From NCBI GenBank assembly GCA_964016885.1, contig OZ024740.1:52762001-52826000 (forward strand): a stretch of 64,000 nucleotides of DNA. The letters run 5' to 3'. The stretch comes from Eledone cirrhosa. Its lineage: Eukaryota. This document shows, in pieces, positions 38,004 to 53,358 of the stretch. Position 1 is the first letter of the stretch. Each line of letters begins with the position of its first letter. The position numbers and the translations under genes are program-made. Under the pieces are notes generated by a model. The model was given only the letters and a program-made list of their open reading frames with translations. It ran no database searches and was not told the DNA's origin.

Positions 38004-38310
38004 GCCTGGCACCTCGAGTGCCTACAGGCGCTCACAGCCCTCTACCAAGCGGAAACGGCAATCAGCGGAGACTCCACTTCGACATTCTATAGGGGATTAG
38101 TGGAGGATAAGTGCGACGACGTTCTCGAGGAAACTCTAGGCATTGAGGAGGACGAACTGACCAGTATGTTCGGAAGGACTTTCAGTCCAGGGCCTATGGA
38201 TAACTTCCAGAGGTCTCTGGCCTGGCAGTGCTACCGAGGAGCTCTACCAGTTCGAGACAAAATCTACAGGCACGGACGCCCTGGCAGAGAACCTGCCAAA
38301 AGGACCTGTC
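38003..38310 (+). pseudogene. Fragment of L1/Tx1-like ORF2 C-terminus
   Basis: STSTFYRGL...FQRSLAWQCYRGALPVRDKIYRHG resembles the zf-RVT-region motif of L1/Tx1 ORF2. Confidence 0.6.
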
Positions 38311-38346
38311 TATCGAATTATATATATAGATAATCATTTATCATAT

Positions 38347-38378
<32 letters not shown>

Positions 38379-38475
38379 AGTATTAAGTTGTTAAACAATA
38401 TTCGATGATTATGTCAAATAATGAGTTTTACAGTAGATTGGAAGCACTCAACTGTAAATAAAATAAAATAGATGT

Positions 38476-38677
38476 TCTTTTGATCAATTACATTTTATTA
38501 TACATATTTTGGATGTACAACAGTACGTCCTCATCAGACAAAATATAATGATACATGACATACCCTGAGATGTTAAATGGTTAAGATTTAATCAAGGTAT
38601 TAAATCTTAACCATTTACCATGTATACATGGTTGTACATCCGAAATATGTATAATAAAATGTAATTGATCAAAAGAA
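38476..38677. repeat. Inverted repeat with decayed hammerhead (minus, ~38494-38543)
   Basis: Minus strand CUGAUGA-GGACGUAC-uguu-GUACAUCC-AAAA-UAUGUA; the plus-strand arm keeps the intact GUACAUCC-GAAA-UAUGUA. Confidence 0.7.
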
Positions 38678-38704
38678 GATATAATTTATTAATACTTATA
38701 TATA

Positions 38705-38806
<102 letters not shown>

Positions 38807-38902
38807 TAAGCCAATAAAACACACAAAAACTCTTATATGAGTGAGACTAACTGATTAAGTTTAATATGCAATATTGCTTCTGTGTGTGTATATATATATA
38901 TA

Positions 38903-38995
<93 letters not shown>

Positions 38996-39126
38996 ATAAT
39001 AATAAATATAATAATATATAGTAATAATAATAAATCTGCGTTCACAGATTGACTTTTTTAGTTTCAGAAGATCCCGTTAAGGGTGAGAGCAGCGATTCTT
39101 TGCTTAAACTTTAATCTGTTATTTTA

Positions 39127-39200
<74 letters not shown>

Positions 39201-39256
39201 TGATGATATGATTTGTTTTATAGTATCACTTTCTTCTCTTGATTTGATTCCTTTTT

Positions 39257-39882
39257 ACGTACATACATATATGTATACAACGTACAGTAGTATGCATATA
39301 TATATATGTATGTATACGTACATACATATATGTATACAGACGTACAGTAGTATGCATATATATATATACATACATGCACACATATATATAAGTACGTATG
39401 GATTCACCGAACATTTATTATAATGCTCGGTGTGTCTGTAAACAAACATCCTGTATTAAGCCGTACAGTGTCTAGCAACCATCGTTGCTCATTTGTTCAA
39501 ACACTGACAAAGGAACGCTGTACTAGTTTCAAGCTTATTAGCTATCGTCAGCAACGTATACCTTCCTGCCAGATGGTTGAACGTCTGAAAGTATAAACTT
39601 TCCTTATGCACATTAACGGCTGAGCAGCCCAATTTGCATATCGAGTGAGTTAATCGGCCGGGGTACCGAAAACGATAAACGGAAAAAATGAAACGAAATT
39701 TCATTTCCCACTCTTAGTACGGCTGTTACTTAAATATAAGTATGTATACGTACATACATATATGTATACAGACGTACAGTAGTATGTATATATATATATA
39801 TACATGCACACATATATATATGTACGTATGGATTCACCGAACATTTATTATAATGCTCGGTGTGTTTGTAAACAAATATCCT
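39257..39882 (-). mobile_element. Retrozyme-like family B, ~1.3-mer tandem with 430-bp period
   Basis: GATTCACCGA at 39401 and 39831; contains HHR at 39516-39556. Confidence 0.85.
39516..39556 (-). ncRNA. Type I hammerhead ribozyme (family B)
   Basis: Same sequence as 18708-18748, on the minus strand. Confidence 0.88.
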
Positions 39883-39887
39883 AGTTA

Positions 39888-39949
<62 letters not shown>

Positions 39950-40085
39950 TGGGTTATTTAATAATTTCAGTAAATGTTATGGGTTACTGGAAGAGGTACT
40001 AATATAAGCACACAATGCTAAGGCAGAGAGTATAAATTGAATATAACAAGACGAAGTTTCACATTATTGTCTTTATGATTATAGA

Positions 40086-40172
40086 CCAGTTACGTACGTT
40101 TCGTAGATGCTTGGCTAAAGTTTAATATTTGTGTTAGCATCAATCTGCTAATCAGACATGTTAATCAGACTA
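40086..40172 (-). ncRNA. Decayed hammerhead with long stem II
   Basis: CUAGU-CUGAUUA (duplicated)-GCAGAU...AUCUAC-GAAAC-guac-GUA-ACUGG; G8 mutated. Confidence 0.45.
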
Positions 40173-40182
40173 GAAACAAAAT

Positions 40183-40570
<388 letters not shown>

Positions 40571-40912
40571 ATATACCCAATTGTTGAGTAATACTAATTA
40601 CTAAAGATGATGCCTGTTTTAGCGCTCAATGCTTTTACGTGGATTTGATATTCAGTATTAAATGTCTGGATTAACACCGACCCTAGAGTTGAGCTGATTG
40701 TAGCCCTTTGAAATTTCATTTGTACTATAGATTTCTTTGAAAATGGAGGACGCTTCATAAAGTTATGAATCTCAGTCATCTGAACAAACGCAGACATGCG
40801 AGAAAACTGGCTAACGATAAAGTGACGAAGTGAACCATCAGTTACGACTGAATTGTTAAACTCAACACTACGAGTACTACATGTATAGAATATTTTCTCC
40901 CGATACTACAAA

Positions 40913-40955
<43 letters not shown>

Positions 40956-41796
40956 CATACACACACACACACAACCACACACACACATACACACACACAT
41001 ACAACCACACATACACATATATACACATAAACTCACACACACGCATATATATATATATATATATATAACAAAGAAGGTGTGGTAAGATACCAGGTGGATC
41101 ATAACGCACCAGAGTACTCGATACTTAGGGTACTAGAGTGGATAATATGGAGCTTAGCCGTCGGGATCCTGATTCTTTTCATATATATATATATATATAT
41201 AATAGTAATATGTATAAACAAAGTTGCAGCTGCAAGTAGCAGATTATATATATATATATATATATACACATGTATATGCATGCGTGCATGCCGTGTCTGT
41301 GTATCATTAACCAAGAGCTCACTAGGTACATAAGGCATATATAGATAATACGTACATTTTTACATTTTACAACACAGTTATCACTATTGACAATAAAACG
41401 AGACAATGTGGAAACATTACAAATAAGCCAAACAAATAGTGCAAAAAAGAGAAATAATATTAATAATAAAAAAAATACAGCAAGCGGGTGAGATGCCCAT
41501 GGCTTTTTCTAGCTGAGGCTCTCACGTGGCGACACTTGACACTGCAACTTGCCAAACTCCAATAGTGTCACGCTCCATATATTTTCGCCGGAACCAAATG
41601 TGAAGAGAATGTCGGAACTTCCTTAATTCTCTCAATTGAGCACCTTCACTCTTAACAACTCAAAGACTATAGGGCATGTTATCAATTTAAATTTTTTTTT
41701 TTCTTTTGCAAAACTTCTACTGAATTCGAACAATCGCTGAGAGCAAAGGACCCGTCTTATTTTTTTTTTGAAAGAGATAAAGCGTCATAGAACAGG

Positions 41797-41844
<48 letters not shown>

Positions 41845-41861
41845 TGATGATGATGATGATA

Positions 41862-41905
<44 letters not shown>

Positions 41906-42405
41906 AACAACAATAACAACAATAACATAATTATGATAAAAAATGATAGTTTCTTTTTTTTTTGGTTAACAAGAATAATAGAAATGATAATGAAGATAAT
42001 GATGATGATGATGGTAATGTTAATAATAACGAAGGAGTTATAATTGCACAACTACATGTAGTTCATATTTCTAAGACGATTTCAGAAATTTAAAACTCGT
42101 TTTTTTTTTCAAGACATTTTTTACATTGCAAAAATTAATTAAAACAACAAATGAAAATAAAAGAAAGAAGTTAACAAAGATGAAAATTATATATTGAAAA
42201 ATAATATATTGAAAAATAATATATTGAACAAACAAACGTTACACAATAAAAAAAAAAGAAATCTTTTTAAGGGTTAAGTAAGGGGGAGGGGGGGGGGGCG
42301 GTGTTGAGAATTGTTATTCCTGAAAAATCTGTTTTCCGAAATAGCAAAGAATAAAGAAGTCGTTTGTGAAAGAATTAGACGGAACTAACTAAAGAAAAAT
42401 GCATA

Positions 42406-42407
<2 letters not shown>

Positions 42408-42455
<48 letters not shown>

Positions 42456-42698
42456 TAGTAGTAGTGGTAGTAGTAGTATTAGTGGTAGTAGTAGTAGTGG
42501 TAGTAGTAGTAGTGGTGGTGGTGGTGGTAGTGATATTAGTAGTAGTGGCGGTAGAGTTAGTAGTAGTAGTGGTAGTGATAGTAGTAGTAGTGGTAGCAGT
42601 AGTAGCAGTAGTAGCAGTAGCAGTAGTACTAGTCGTAGTGATACTAGTAGTAGTAGTGGTAGTAGCAGTAATGGCAGTAGCAGCAGTAGTAGTAGAAA

Positions 42699-42736
<38 letters not shown>
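42408..42736. repeat. (AGT)n-based microsatellite
   Basis: Directly visible. Confidence 0.95.
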
Positions 42737-42983
42737 TAGAATTATTGTTATAGATTGTTGATGTTCATAATCAGCATGACTAAATTCTCTCTAATTTTAA
42801 ATACATATCGATCACCCTTTACTTTACCAACTCAGTAGAATATGCTTTCACCAATTGGCTTTACAGACCAAATCGATTTTCATATGTTTTCAATTAAAAT
42901 ATTTTATTGGAGTTAATTTCCTTGTTGGCCACTTTTAGATATGAAATACCACTAGAGAGATTTTGTCTAATAACTGCATAGAC

Positions 42984-43073
42984 AATTGTTTCTACTTTTG
43001 TCACCAGGCCAGCAATTATCCCAGTGCATTACTGGTACTTCATTTTATCGACTCCGTAAGGATGAAAGGCAAA
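42984..43073 (-). mobile_element. S1 SINE, 5'-truncated
   Basis: 3' end and core present. Confidence 0.85.
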
Positions 43074-43113
43074 TTTTGTTTTGTCCCTTCTATCTATCTT
43101 ATTTCTCATTCTT

Positions 43114-43149
43114 TCTTCTGATGAAGGACTAGCGTCCGAAACGTTAAGA
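43114..43149 (+). ncRNA. Minimal hammerhead ribozyme (Penelope pLTR-type)
   Basis: UCUU-CUGAUGA-A-GGAC-uagc-GUCC-GAAAC-GUU-AAGA; stem I UCUU/AAGA, palindromic ACGU stem III (dimer type). Confidence 0.78.
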
Positions 43150-43477
43150 CCCTCTTCCTGCTATTTCAAGCCTTTATCTAATATATTCCTTCCATATACT
43201 GTACCGATTGTGTTGTTATTTTTGTTTACCTTTTACACACACACACACACACGCACACGCACACACACACACACACACACATGCATGCAAAAGGCAAACA
43301 GAAATAACAAATCAAATGACACAGTACAATGAAGACATATATTATTAGTTTTATGCATGATATAGTAGGAAAAGAGTCTTAATGTTAGAATGAGAAATCA
43401 AAGAAGAAATAGAAAGATTGATGAGACGGGTAGGGCAGAAACAGAAACAAGAGGGGGTAACGGAGTGAGAGAGAAAT

Positions 43478-43666
43478 ATAATTGTTTCTACTTTAGGCAC
43501 AAGGCCAGCAATTACCCAGTGCATTACTGGTACTTTATTTTATCGACCCTGTAAGGATGAAAGTCAAAGTCAACCTCGGCGGGATTTGAACTCAGATCGT
43601 AAAGGGACGTAACTATGCTGGAAAGCATGGTGTCCGACCCTCTACCGATACTGCCAATTCACCGCC
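43478..43666 (-). mobile_element. S1 SINE with ~22-bp TSD
   Basis: CGGAGTGAGAG(A/C)GAAATATAAT on both sides, one mismatch. Confidence 0.93.
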
Positions 43667-43819
43667 CGGAGTGAGAGCGAAATATAATGGTGAGAAGGGA
43701 GTAATCGGAAGAGAAAGGCGGAGGTAAGTCGTGGTATATTGGTATAAGCACACACACACACACACACGCACACACACACAACACACATACACAGACACAG
43801 ACACATACACAGACACACA

Positions 43820-43910
<91 letters not shown>

Positions 43911-44059
43911 ACGCACACGCACACGCACACGCACACACACACACACACACATATATATTTGGGGATGTTCTGCGACAACAATAATACCTAGGTCACTGGC
44001 CATCTGCGAATCAAATATTTTTTTATATTTTCTCTTTTTATGCCGTAATTCCTTTATTT

Positions 44060-44350
44060 ATTAACTAATTGTGCAATCCGAACCTGATGACGTTGCCAGG
44101 ATCTTACGTAACCAGGCCATTTAAATATATATAGTGTTTCTGCAACAATAAAGCTTTAAAGCAACATCACTAGTCCAGCCTCCCGTTGTTTTAATCAAAC
44201 TAATATTTAACTCTGTTCCTGCACCACTCACAGGATTCAGCATCAACGATGGATGAGTTGCGTAACGTAGAGTACTTTTCCTATTTACACATCTTGGGTA
44301 ACAAAACTGACTGACCATTTCTATCCAGTGGTGAACCACTAAACATAAAT
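44060..44350. mobile_element. Repeat family F, copy 2
   Basis: Same conserved blocks as 11140-11330 and 52090-52272. Confidence 0.65.
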
Positions 44351-44691
44351 GTATATATACACATACATATATCCAGAATAAGGATTTAGATCGATATACG
44401 TTGACATCGATCTCGTTGCTTACAACATGGTCAATGGAACATCCCAGATCAGACACTAGACGTTAGATTGTTGTAAGGCCAGAGTTCCAAGTAGGAACCC
44501 TGCAGGAAAGCAAAGAAAAACCAATGATTCAACAGCCTAATATAGGAAAACTTTGAAATACTCACAAATTCAAATCACTTGAATAAAATCAGTTTCTCCA
44601 TTGTTTCACATAGAAAGCTGTAGAATACATATATTCTTCGAATTGGCTTGTACGGGGTATTGAGGAAATCTGTTAACCATTGACTAATTGT

Positions 44692-45064
<373 letters not shown>

Positions 45065-45067
45065 GAT

Positions 45068-46434
45068 CCGGCTGCCCATGGGAACTCCTATACGCAGATG
45101 ATCTAACGCTCATAGCTGAATCAATGACCGAACTAGAGAAGAAATTCCAAAGATGGAAGCATGGCCTAGAATCAAAAGGCCTTAAAATTAACCTGGCTAA
45201 GACTAAAGTTCTAGTTTGTAGGAAAGAAAATAAGGCGGCAGTCCCATCTGGGAAATGGCCATGCTCAGTGTGTAGGAAAGGCGTAGGTAGAAACTCCATT
45301 TTATGTCCCAAATGCAAAGTATGGGTGCATAAAAGATGTAGTGGGATCACAGGTAAGCTAACTAAGAACATAGATTTTACATGTGGCCGGTGCTCTGGTG
45401 CAATAAGTAGCAGCAAGTGCCCACAAAATACTAGCTCCTTCAACTGCGCAGAGGGTTCTATAGAAATAGTGGACAGCTTCCGTTACCTGGGTGACAAAAT
45501 CAGCAGTGGGGGAGGGTGCTCTGAAAGTACAGTAGCTAGAGTCAGAACTGGATGGAAAAAGTTCAGAGAGCTTATACCACTATTAGCCGCTAGAGGGTTC
45601 TCCCTAAAAATGAAAGGCAGGTTATACGATGCCTGCATACGAACAGCAATGCTGCATGGCAGTGAGACCTGGGCATTGTGTGCAGAGGATATACGCAGAC
45701 TAGAGAGGAACGAAGCTTGCTTGCTCCGCTGGATGTGCAATAGTAATATGCGTGAACGGCAAAGCATAAACGAACTAAGGAAAAAATTAGAAATAAGAGG
45801 GATCAGATGTTGTTTACTCGAGAGAAGGCTACGTTGGTACGGTCACGTGATGCGCATGAAAGACGACAGCTGTATAACAAAGTGCAGGGCAATAAAGATA
45901 GACGGTAGCCACGGAGTAGGCAGACCCAGAAAAACATGGGACGAGCTGATAAATTCCGACCTCACACGCTTACACCTCTCCAAGACAATGTCACTGGACC
46001 GAGACCTTTGGCGGTACTCAGTAATAGAGAAGACCCGCCTTACCTAAATACAAAGTAAAAACCTACTACAGTCAGTAGGCATCTCTATCAAAACACACCC
46101 CCGTCCCACCACCTCCACACCGCCCCTTTCAATGTAAAGTTATGTTGGTCCCACAACATCCAGGCCGAAACAAATGAGATCGTGTAGGTGTCACGACAAA
46201 AACACACAGTTCACGCTGTAAATGTGGCCGTGTAGGCAACACGGTAAAAACCTCCCAGCCCCACACTGTAAATGTGGTTGGTGTTAGGAAGGGCATCCAA
46301 CTGTAGAAAACCCGCCAGACAGTCCTATGCGAGCAAGACAATCACTCTTGCCTCAAGTGGGACTACCCCCGTCCAAACCCATGCAAGCGTGGAACACGGA
46401 CGCTAAACCTGATGATGATGATGATGATGATGAT
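45068..46434 (+). mobile_element. 5'-truncated copy of the same RTE family, open frame to 46047, (GAT)n tail
   Basis: Starts [11 protein letters not shown]; intact CSVC...CPKC...HKRC...CGRC; RRLRWYGHV; GRPRKTW; highly similar to 13210-14190. Confidence 0.95.
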
Positions 46435-46463
46435 ATATATATATATGTATGTATATATATAAG

Positions 46464-46529
<66 letters not shown>

Positions 46530-46819
46530 CATACATATATATATATATTCATTTTATTAAGGCGAAATTCCCGAGTAACAAGACTCACTATTTAGCCTTA
46601 AGAAAATGTATATTAAAACTGTATATGTAAGGCAGACTTAATCCGTCATTGGATGCCAGCTGGCCCATGGGTACCTATAGTGTAAGTATTACCTCTGTTG
46701 TAAGTATTCTGACAGCTTTTCTGTTGGAAGATTTCCTTCATCTTTCCTAACCAGTGTTACGGAGTCTTGAAAACAGAAAAAGTGATCACACGCAAACAGA
46801 CAGACAGATAGACAGACAG

Positions 46820-46915
<96 letters not shown>

Positions 46916-47756
46916 ACACACATACACACTCACTCACTCACTCACTCACTCACTCACTCACTCACTCACTCACTCACTCACGCACGCGCGCATACATATA
47001 CACATACATACACGCATACAGACACAAATACATATACACATACACACATGTATATGTGTTTGAACAGGAATGTTTCAATGTTTATATGAAAAAATAAGGA
47101 GGAACACTCCGTATTACGAAAATAGAGATAAAATTATATATTTACTTTGTGGAATCCTTAAAATATCAAATAAATTCGAATGGGGAATGTGCAATGAATT
47201 ATTTTTGGTATAAACTATACAGTCGTCCACTTTAAATATAATCAGACATATGTTGAATATCCAAGTATAATGGAAGTAACTTCCTTCCGTTGGCAGAGAA
47301 CTCTGTCAGAAGAGGAAATAGACTGCAAAGCAGGTGTAAGAGGAGATTATTCTGTCCAACTAACATTAGATTTTAAGCTGCTTATACCAAGCACGTTATG
47401 TATGTATGTATGTATGTATGTATGTATGTATGTATGTATGTATGTATGTATGTATGTATGTATGTATGTATGTATGTATGTCAAGTCACTCTTGAGTGCT
47501 ACTGGTAACATCTAACCCAGTACAACCTGTCATATTGTCGGGTCGTCGGTGACTAAACCGGCAACCCCACCAAGTTTACTTGGTGAGGAGGGTGATTTTG
47601 GACATCCTGCAGGACAAAAAATAAAACCTGACAAAGGGCAGAAGAACTCATAAGAGTCAACTGCCATGCAGAAATGTGTAAATATGTATATACATGTATG
47701 CATGTGTATATATGTATATATATATATATATATATACATGTATGCATGTGTATGTA

Positions 47757-48112
47757 TATGCGCAGGGACATAGAAATAGTCAGGCTGGATACCCGATCGC
47801 ACGGTTAAACCACTGCGAGTGAAGAACGTCTAGCCTTTGTCAGGGCATTCTTCTAGGAGAAGGCAACTCAGGAAACTGGGATAACTCCGACATAAAACCA
47901 GTGGCTCAGTAGTTACCGATGATGTTGACCTTTTCTTCTTTTCGGGTTATAGCTACTGTCGCTCAGAGAGTGGGATTGGCTCAGTGCACAGTCTTTCCTC
48001 ACTTTAAAAAAAATATTCACGCACAGGCATTGCACGATAGCATTAATTGATAATCATTAATAATGTTATATCGTGCAATGGCCATACTCGATAACGAGGG
48101 GGCAGCCATCAT
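47757..48112 (+). mobile_element. RTE-derived (Ceph-SINE-like) non-autonomous element, (ATGT)n tail
   Basis: Matches 11356-11893 without the SINE insert. Confidence 0.75.
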
Positions 48113-48165
48113 GTATGTATGTATGTATGTATGTATGTATGTATGTATGTATGTATGTATGTATG

Positions 48166-48883
48166 AGAGATGACCCCTTAGCCTTTGTCAAGGCAGAATT
48201 CTAGGAGAAGGAAAACTCTGATATAACACCTGCAACCCTGATGGTATCCAATGATGTTGACTTGTTCTTCTTTTTGGTAAATATCATCTTGGTTAAGAGA
48301 GTGGGACTGGCTTTGTGCAGTACCTTTGCTCACTATAAAAGCTTCACGACACAGGCATTGCTTTATATCTGGAGATCTCTCTGCACTTGTCATCACATGG
48401 TACCATTGCCCCAGCACTATGTGTCAATAATTGTCACAAGTGTAGTGTTTGTACCAGAGTTTTCAAGCCGCTGACTGGACTAAAAAGTCACACTCGTTCA
48501 GCGCATCGGTAGGGTTCTCCTACATGGATATAAAGTAGTGGCCGTACTCGAAAATGAGTTGGCAGCCACCATGTATGTATGTATGTATGTATGTATGTAT
48601 GTATGTATGTATGGGACTGGCTTTGTGCAGTGCCTTTGCTCACTATAAAAGTTTCACGGCACAGGCATTGCTTTATATCTGGAGATCTCTCTGCACTTGT
48701 CGTCACATGGTACCATGGGCCCAGCACTATGTGTCAATAATTGTCACAAGTGTAGTGTTTGTACCAGAGTTTTGAAGTCGCTGGCTGGACTAAAAAGTCA
48801 CACTCGTTCAGCGCATCGGTAGGGGTTCTCCTACATGGATATAAAGTAGTGGCCGTACTCGAAAACGAGTTGGCAGCCACCAT
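48166..48883 (+). mobile_element. Related RTE-derived short element (48166-48571) plus 5'-truncated tandem copy (48613-48883), each ending GGCAGCCACC(ATGT)n
   Basis: TAGCCTTTGTCAAGGC...CTAGGAGAAGGAAAACTCTG 5' motif; near-identical second copy. Confidence 0.75.
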
Positions 48884-48984
48884 GTATGTATGTATGTATG
48901 TATGTATGTATGTATGTATGTATGTATGTATGTATGTATGTATGTATGTATGTATGTATGTATGTATATTCTTCTGGCTTTATA

Positions 48985-50065
48985 ATTTTATAAATTTTTA
49001 CCAATAGAGAGAGAGAGAGTGTCGGTTTCTGAAATAGATACAAGACTCTCATTGGAATTTATGCATCAACTAGGTAGATATGTCTGCATCTCTGCTTGTA
49101 TGCATGTGTGTGCAGGTGTAGATGTTATTGTATGTGTTTTGAGTTATATGTATGTGCATATGCTTTGTATCTGTACATGTGTATATGCAGTTATTAGATG
49201 CAGAATTTTTGGAATGTTTTACATATTTTTACTGTTCCATTAATGGATTGTACTTGTAATTTCCTAACTAGTCGTGTTCTTTCTGTTCCTGTGAAGCCCA
49301 GATTCTCAAGATTTGTACTGAGGCAGTTACTAACATATCCCAGTGCCCCAATAATCACAGTTATAAATCTGAAGGTATAGTCAGGGTGGAGTATCTGCAG
49401 ATTTCTCATCAGTTCTGCATAAATATTCTCCTTTTCGCTGATCTTTAATATATTAGCATCTGCTGGGCAGCTAACTTCCACTACTGTGCCTGCCTTCTTC
49501 TCCCTGTCTCATATCATTATATCTGGTCTGTTATGTTTGCATCTTATTGGGGTGTTGACTGGAACATTCCACCAGTACTCTTTCATATTATGTATGTATA
49601 TGTCTTTCACATTGCTCACATTGCTGTAAATTTTAATGTGTATTTTGTCAGGGCTATCTTTTCTACGGATTGCATCGTACGGTGTTTTGGCCACTACATC
49701 ATGCCTCATACGTAGATAGTACTGTGATGACATCTTTGGACAGCTGCTTATGACATGGGTGACATCTTCGATGTTAATTCTGCAGTCTGTATTTATTCTC
49801 ACATCCCTATCTCTTTTTTGAATCAGGTATTTTGTGTTGATTTCCTGTTCTTGGATTGCAAAAGCATATCCTTCAAAGTGGGAGCCAATATAGCGGTTGT
49901 TGGTCCAAGATAGACTACTTTTCTAATCTATATTACTCTCACTCTGGAGCTTTCTAGCAACATATCCATGCATAACGTTTTGCTGACAAGCATGCAATTT
50001 CTCATCCATGGATTCGCTGCGGTATTGCTGGGCAATTTCCCTGGGTGTGAGATTTTAATTATCAT
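48985..50065 (-). mobile_element. 3' fragment of a second RLE-type (R4/Dong-like) LINE
   Basis: FAIQEQEINTKYL, HVISSC...HD (CCHC region), HNRPDIMI, EVSCP, IIGALG motifs. Confidence 0.85.
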
Positions 50066-50560
50066 GCCTCTATGCATTCAGTAAACATACTAAAACTAGC
50101 AGTCAAATTCCCTCAAATCAAACCCTATCGTTTTGCAATAATATGAGTATTGGTAAATATAGATACATTGTATAGAAAAGAAGATGGGATGGTCATAGCT
50201 GGAAAGACTTTGATCATATACTTCTTAGATCAGGACGTACCTGGAGTTAAACAGTGACAACAAACACTTCTATATATTATTTTACATAAAAGTATATATT
50301 GTTTTGTATACAAGTGAATGTGGGAGCGGTCACATACCCTGTTAAAGATGCCAGCCAAATTTCCTACAAATTAAATATTACACTATTAAAACAGGAAGGT
50401 TACATAAAACTATATAGTTCAAGGTTTAGAAACAAGACATGATAATTACGTCTTTCATCAGATGTCTGTTCGATTAAGGCATACATGTGTCTAAACAACA
50501 ACAATATCCATAGATTTTATGTACATATCTACATATACCTTTATATCCACTTATGTGCAG

Positions 50561-50607
<47 letters not shown>

Positions 50608-50610
<3 letters not shown>

Positions 50611-50867
50611 ATTGAATATAAAAGAAAAAGCAAAACGAACACAGATATATACATACAAACCATAAATAAATACAAACCGGAATTGTGGTGGTTACCACAA
50701 TTCCGGTTTGTATTTATTTTCTTGATTTATTCTTAAATTGAGTCTGGCAAACCCTATTGTCTATAGTTAGTATTCTTTTCACCTTAGCGAATCTAGTCCC
50801 TTACGATTTGAACACATATATGTATTTAATCTGTGTTCGTTTTTCTTTTTCTTTTATATTCAATTAT
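50608..50867. repeat. Nested inverted repeats next to (TA)n (outer ~40-bp arms; inner hairpin ~50664-50719)
   Basis: AAATAAATACAAACCGGAATTGTGGT / ACCACAATTCCGGTTTGTATTTATTT; ATAATTGAATATAAAAGAAAAAG / CTTTTTCTTTTATATTCAATTAT. Confidence 0.85.
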
Positions 50868-50955
50868 AATATACAGCTCGGAAAAACCTCTTTCCTAGAG
50901 CTATTTTATTGTAAGAGCCTATTTTGAGTTTCTAACTCAATATATACCTTTGATA

Positions 50956-50995
<40 letters not shown>

Positions 50996-50996
50996 C

Positions 50997-51295
50997 TAGG
51001 GTGGGTAAAATTCCCGAGATCCATGGACGAGTTCTCTCCAGCGGTCTCTGTTCCTCATTATCGCTGCCATGTCCTGCGTCTCCAACAGATCAGTGTCTGT
51101 CCTTAGGGCATCAACATACGTTAACCTTAGTCTTCCTCTTCCAGTGTGTCCATGTAGGGGCTCCCACAGGAGCACTGAGTGCAATGTCAACTCTGGATGT
51201 CGGTGAGCATGTCCAGCTAACCTCAGTCTCCTCTCTGTCACTTTTGAGCTGACTTTTGGGAGGCTCCCATACAGCTCCGAGTTTTTCATCCTCAG
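50997..51295 (-). mobile_element. 3' fragment of a second RTE family
   Basis: RRLRLAGHAHRHPE...LLWEP...GRGRLRLTYVD...RDRWR. Confidence 0.85.
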
Positions 51296-51320
51296 TATAT
51301 ATAAATATATATATATACAG

Positions 51321-51360
<40 letters not shown>

Positions 51361-51424
51361 TTGAAAATTGCAAACTTGACTGTCACCACACATTATGAAC
51401 CTGGAGATTGCGAAAGCATGAAAG

Positions 51425-52553
<1,129 letters not shown>

Positions 52554-52630
52554 ATCTTCTATACACAATCATACACACCCGTGTCTATTTATATATTTAA
52601 ATATATATATTATATATATATTCGTAAAAT

Positions 52631-53286
52631 TTGAGTATTCTCAGCTCGAAAGGTTGTCCTTACCAGCTGAATACTATTTGCATAGTAAAATGTTTGGGTT
52701 AAGGTATAACCACAAATCGAACGGAGAGCATGAGAGGGAGAAAGAGAGATGAGAAATGAGCGGCTTATATAGAGAGAGGGGGGAAGAGGAGGAGAAAAAT
52801 GTGGACTAGAATGATGGAGAGATGGATAGAAAGATGGAGGGACTATGTTAACAAGAACAAGTTACTTAGCGTGGATTGACAGTATCAGTAGAAGGTTGGA
52901 CGCCATGCTTTGCAACATAGAGTTACGCCCCTTTACGAGCTGAGTTCAAATCCTGCCGAGGTTAGCTTTGCCTTTCATCCTTACGGGGGCGATAAAATAA
53001 AGTACCAGTAATGTACTGAGATAATTGCTGGCCTTGTGCCAAAAGTAGAAACAGTTATTAGGATCATCGGTCCCCTATCAATAATCTGCAATATAATATC
53101 GCAACATAGTTTCTCGCATGAGTGGGGGACGGGGACTATGCCTAGACTAAGTCTAGAATTATTGACAGGAATCAAATGTTGTACAACGCTCTCCGTTCCA
53201 CTTGTGGTTATATCTTCATCTAGAAATTTTACTATGCAAAGAGTATTCAGTTAGTAACGGCTACCTTTCGAGCTGAGAATACTCAA
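52631..53286. mobile_element. Element with ~60-bp imperfect terminal inverted repeats (MITE or fold-back), containing an S1 SINE at ~52870-53059 (+)
   Basis: TTGAGTATTCTCAGCTCGAAAGG...TTTGCATAGTAAAAT at 52631-52691 mirrors 53226-53286. Confidence 0.7.
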
Positions 53287-53358
53287 CTTTATAGTCATAT
53301 ACACTCATCGCTTCAAACCTTTCCAATTAATGTTTCATATATATATATATATATATAT

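Noticed and set aside
44084-44120. CTGATGA as a hammerhead core
   Set aside because: No GAAA box or NUH/stem I geometry follows; it is part of repeat family F.
47538-47595. HDV-like ribozyme at an RTE-type 5' end
   Set aside because: Only two simple hairpins could be assigned; the nested double pseudoknot could not be built by eye.
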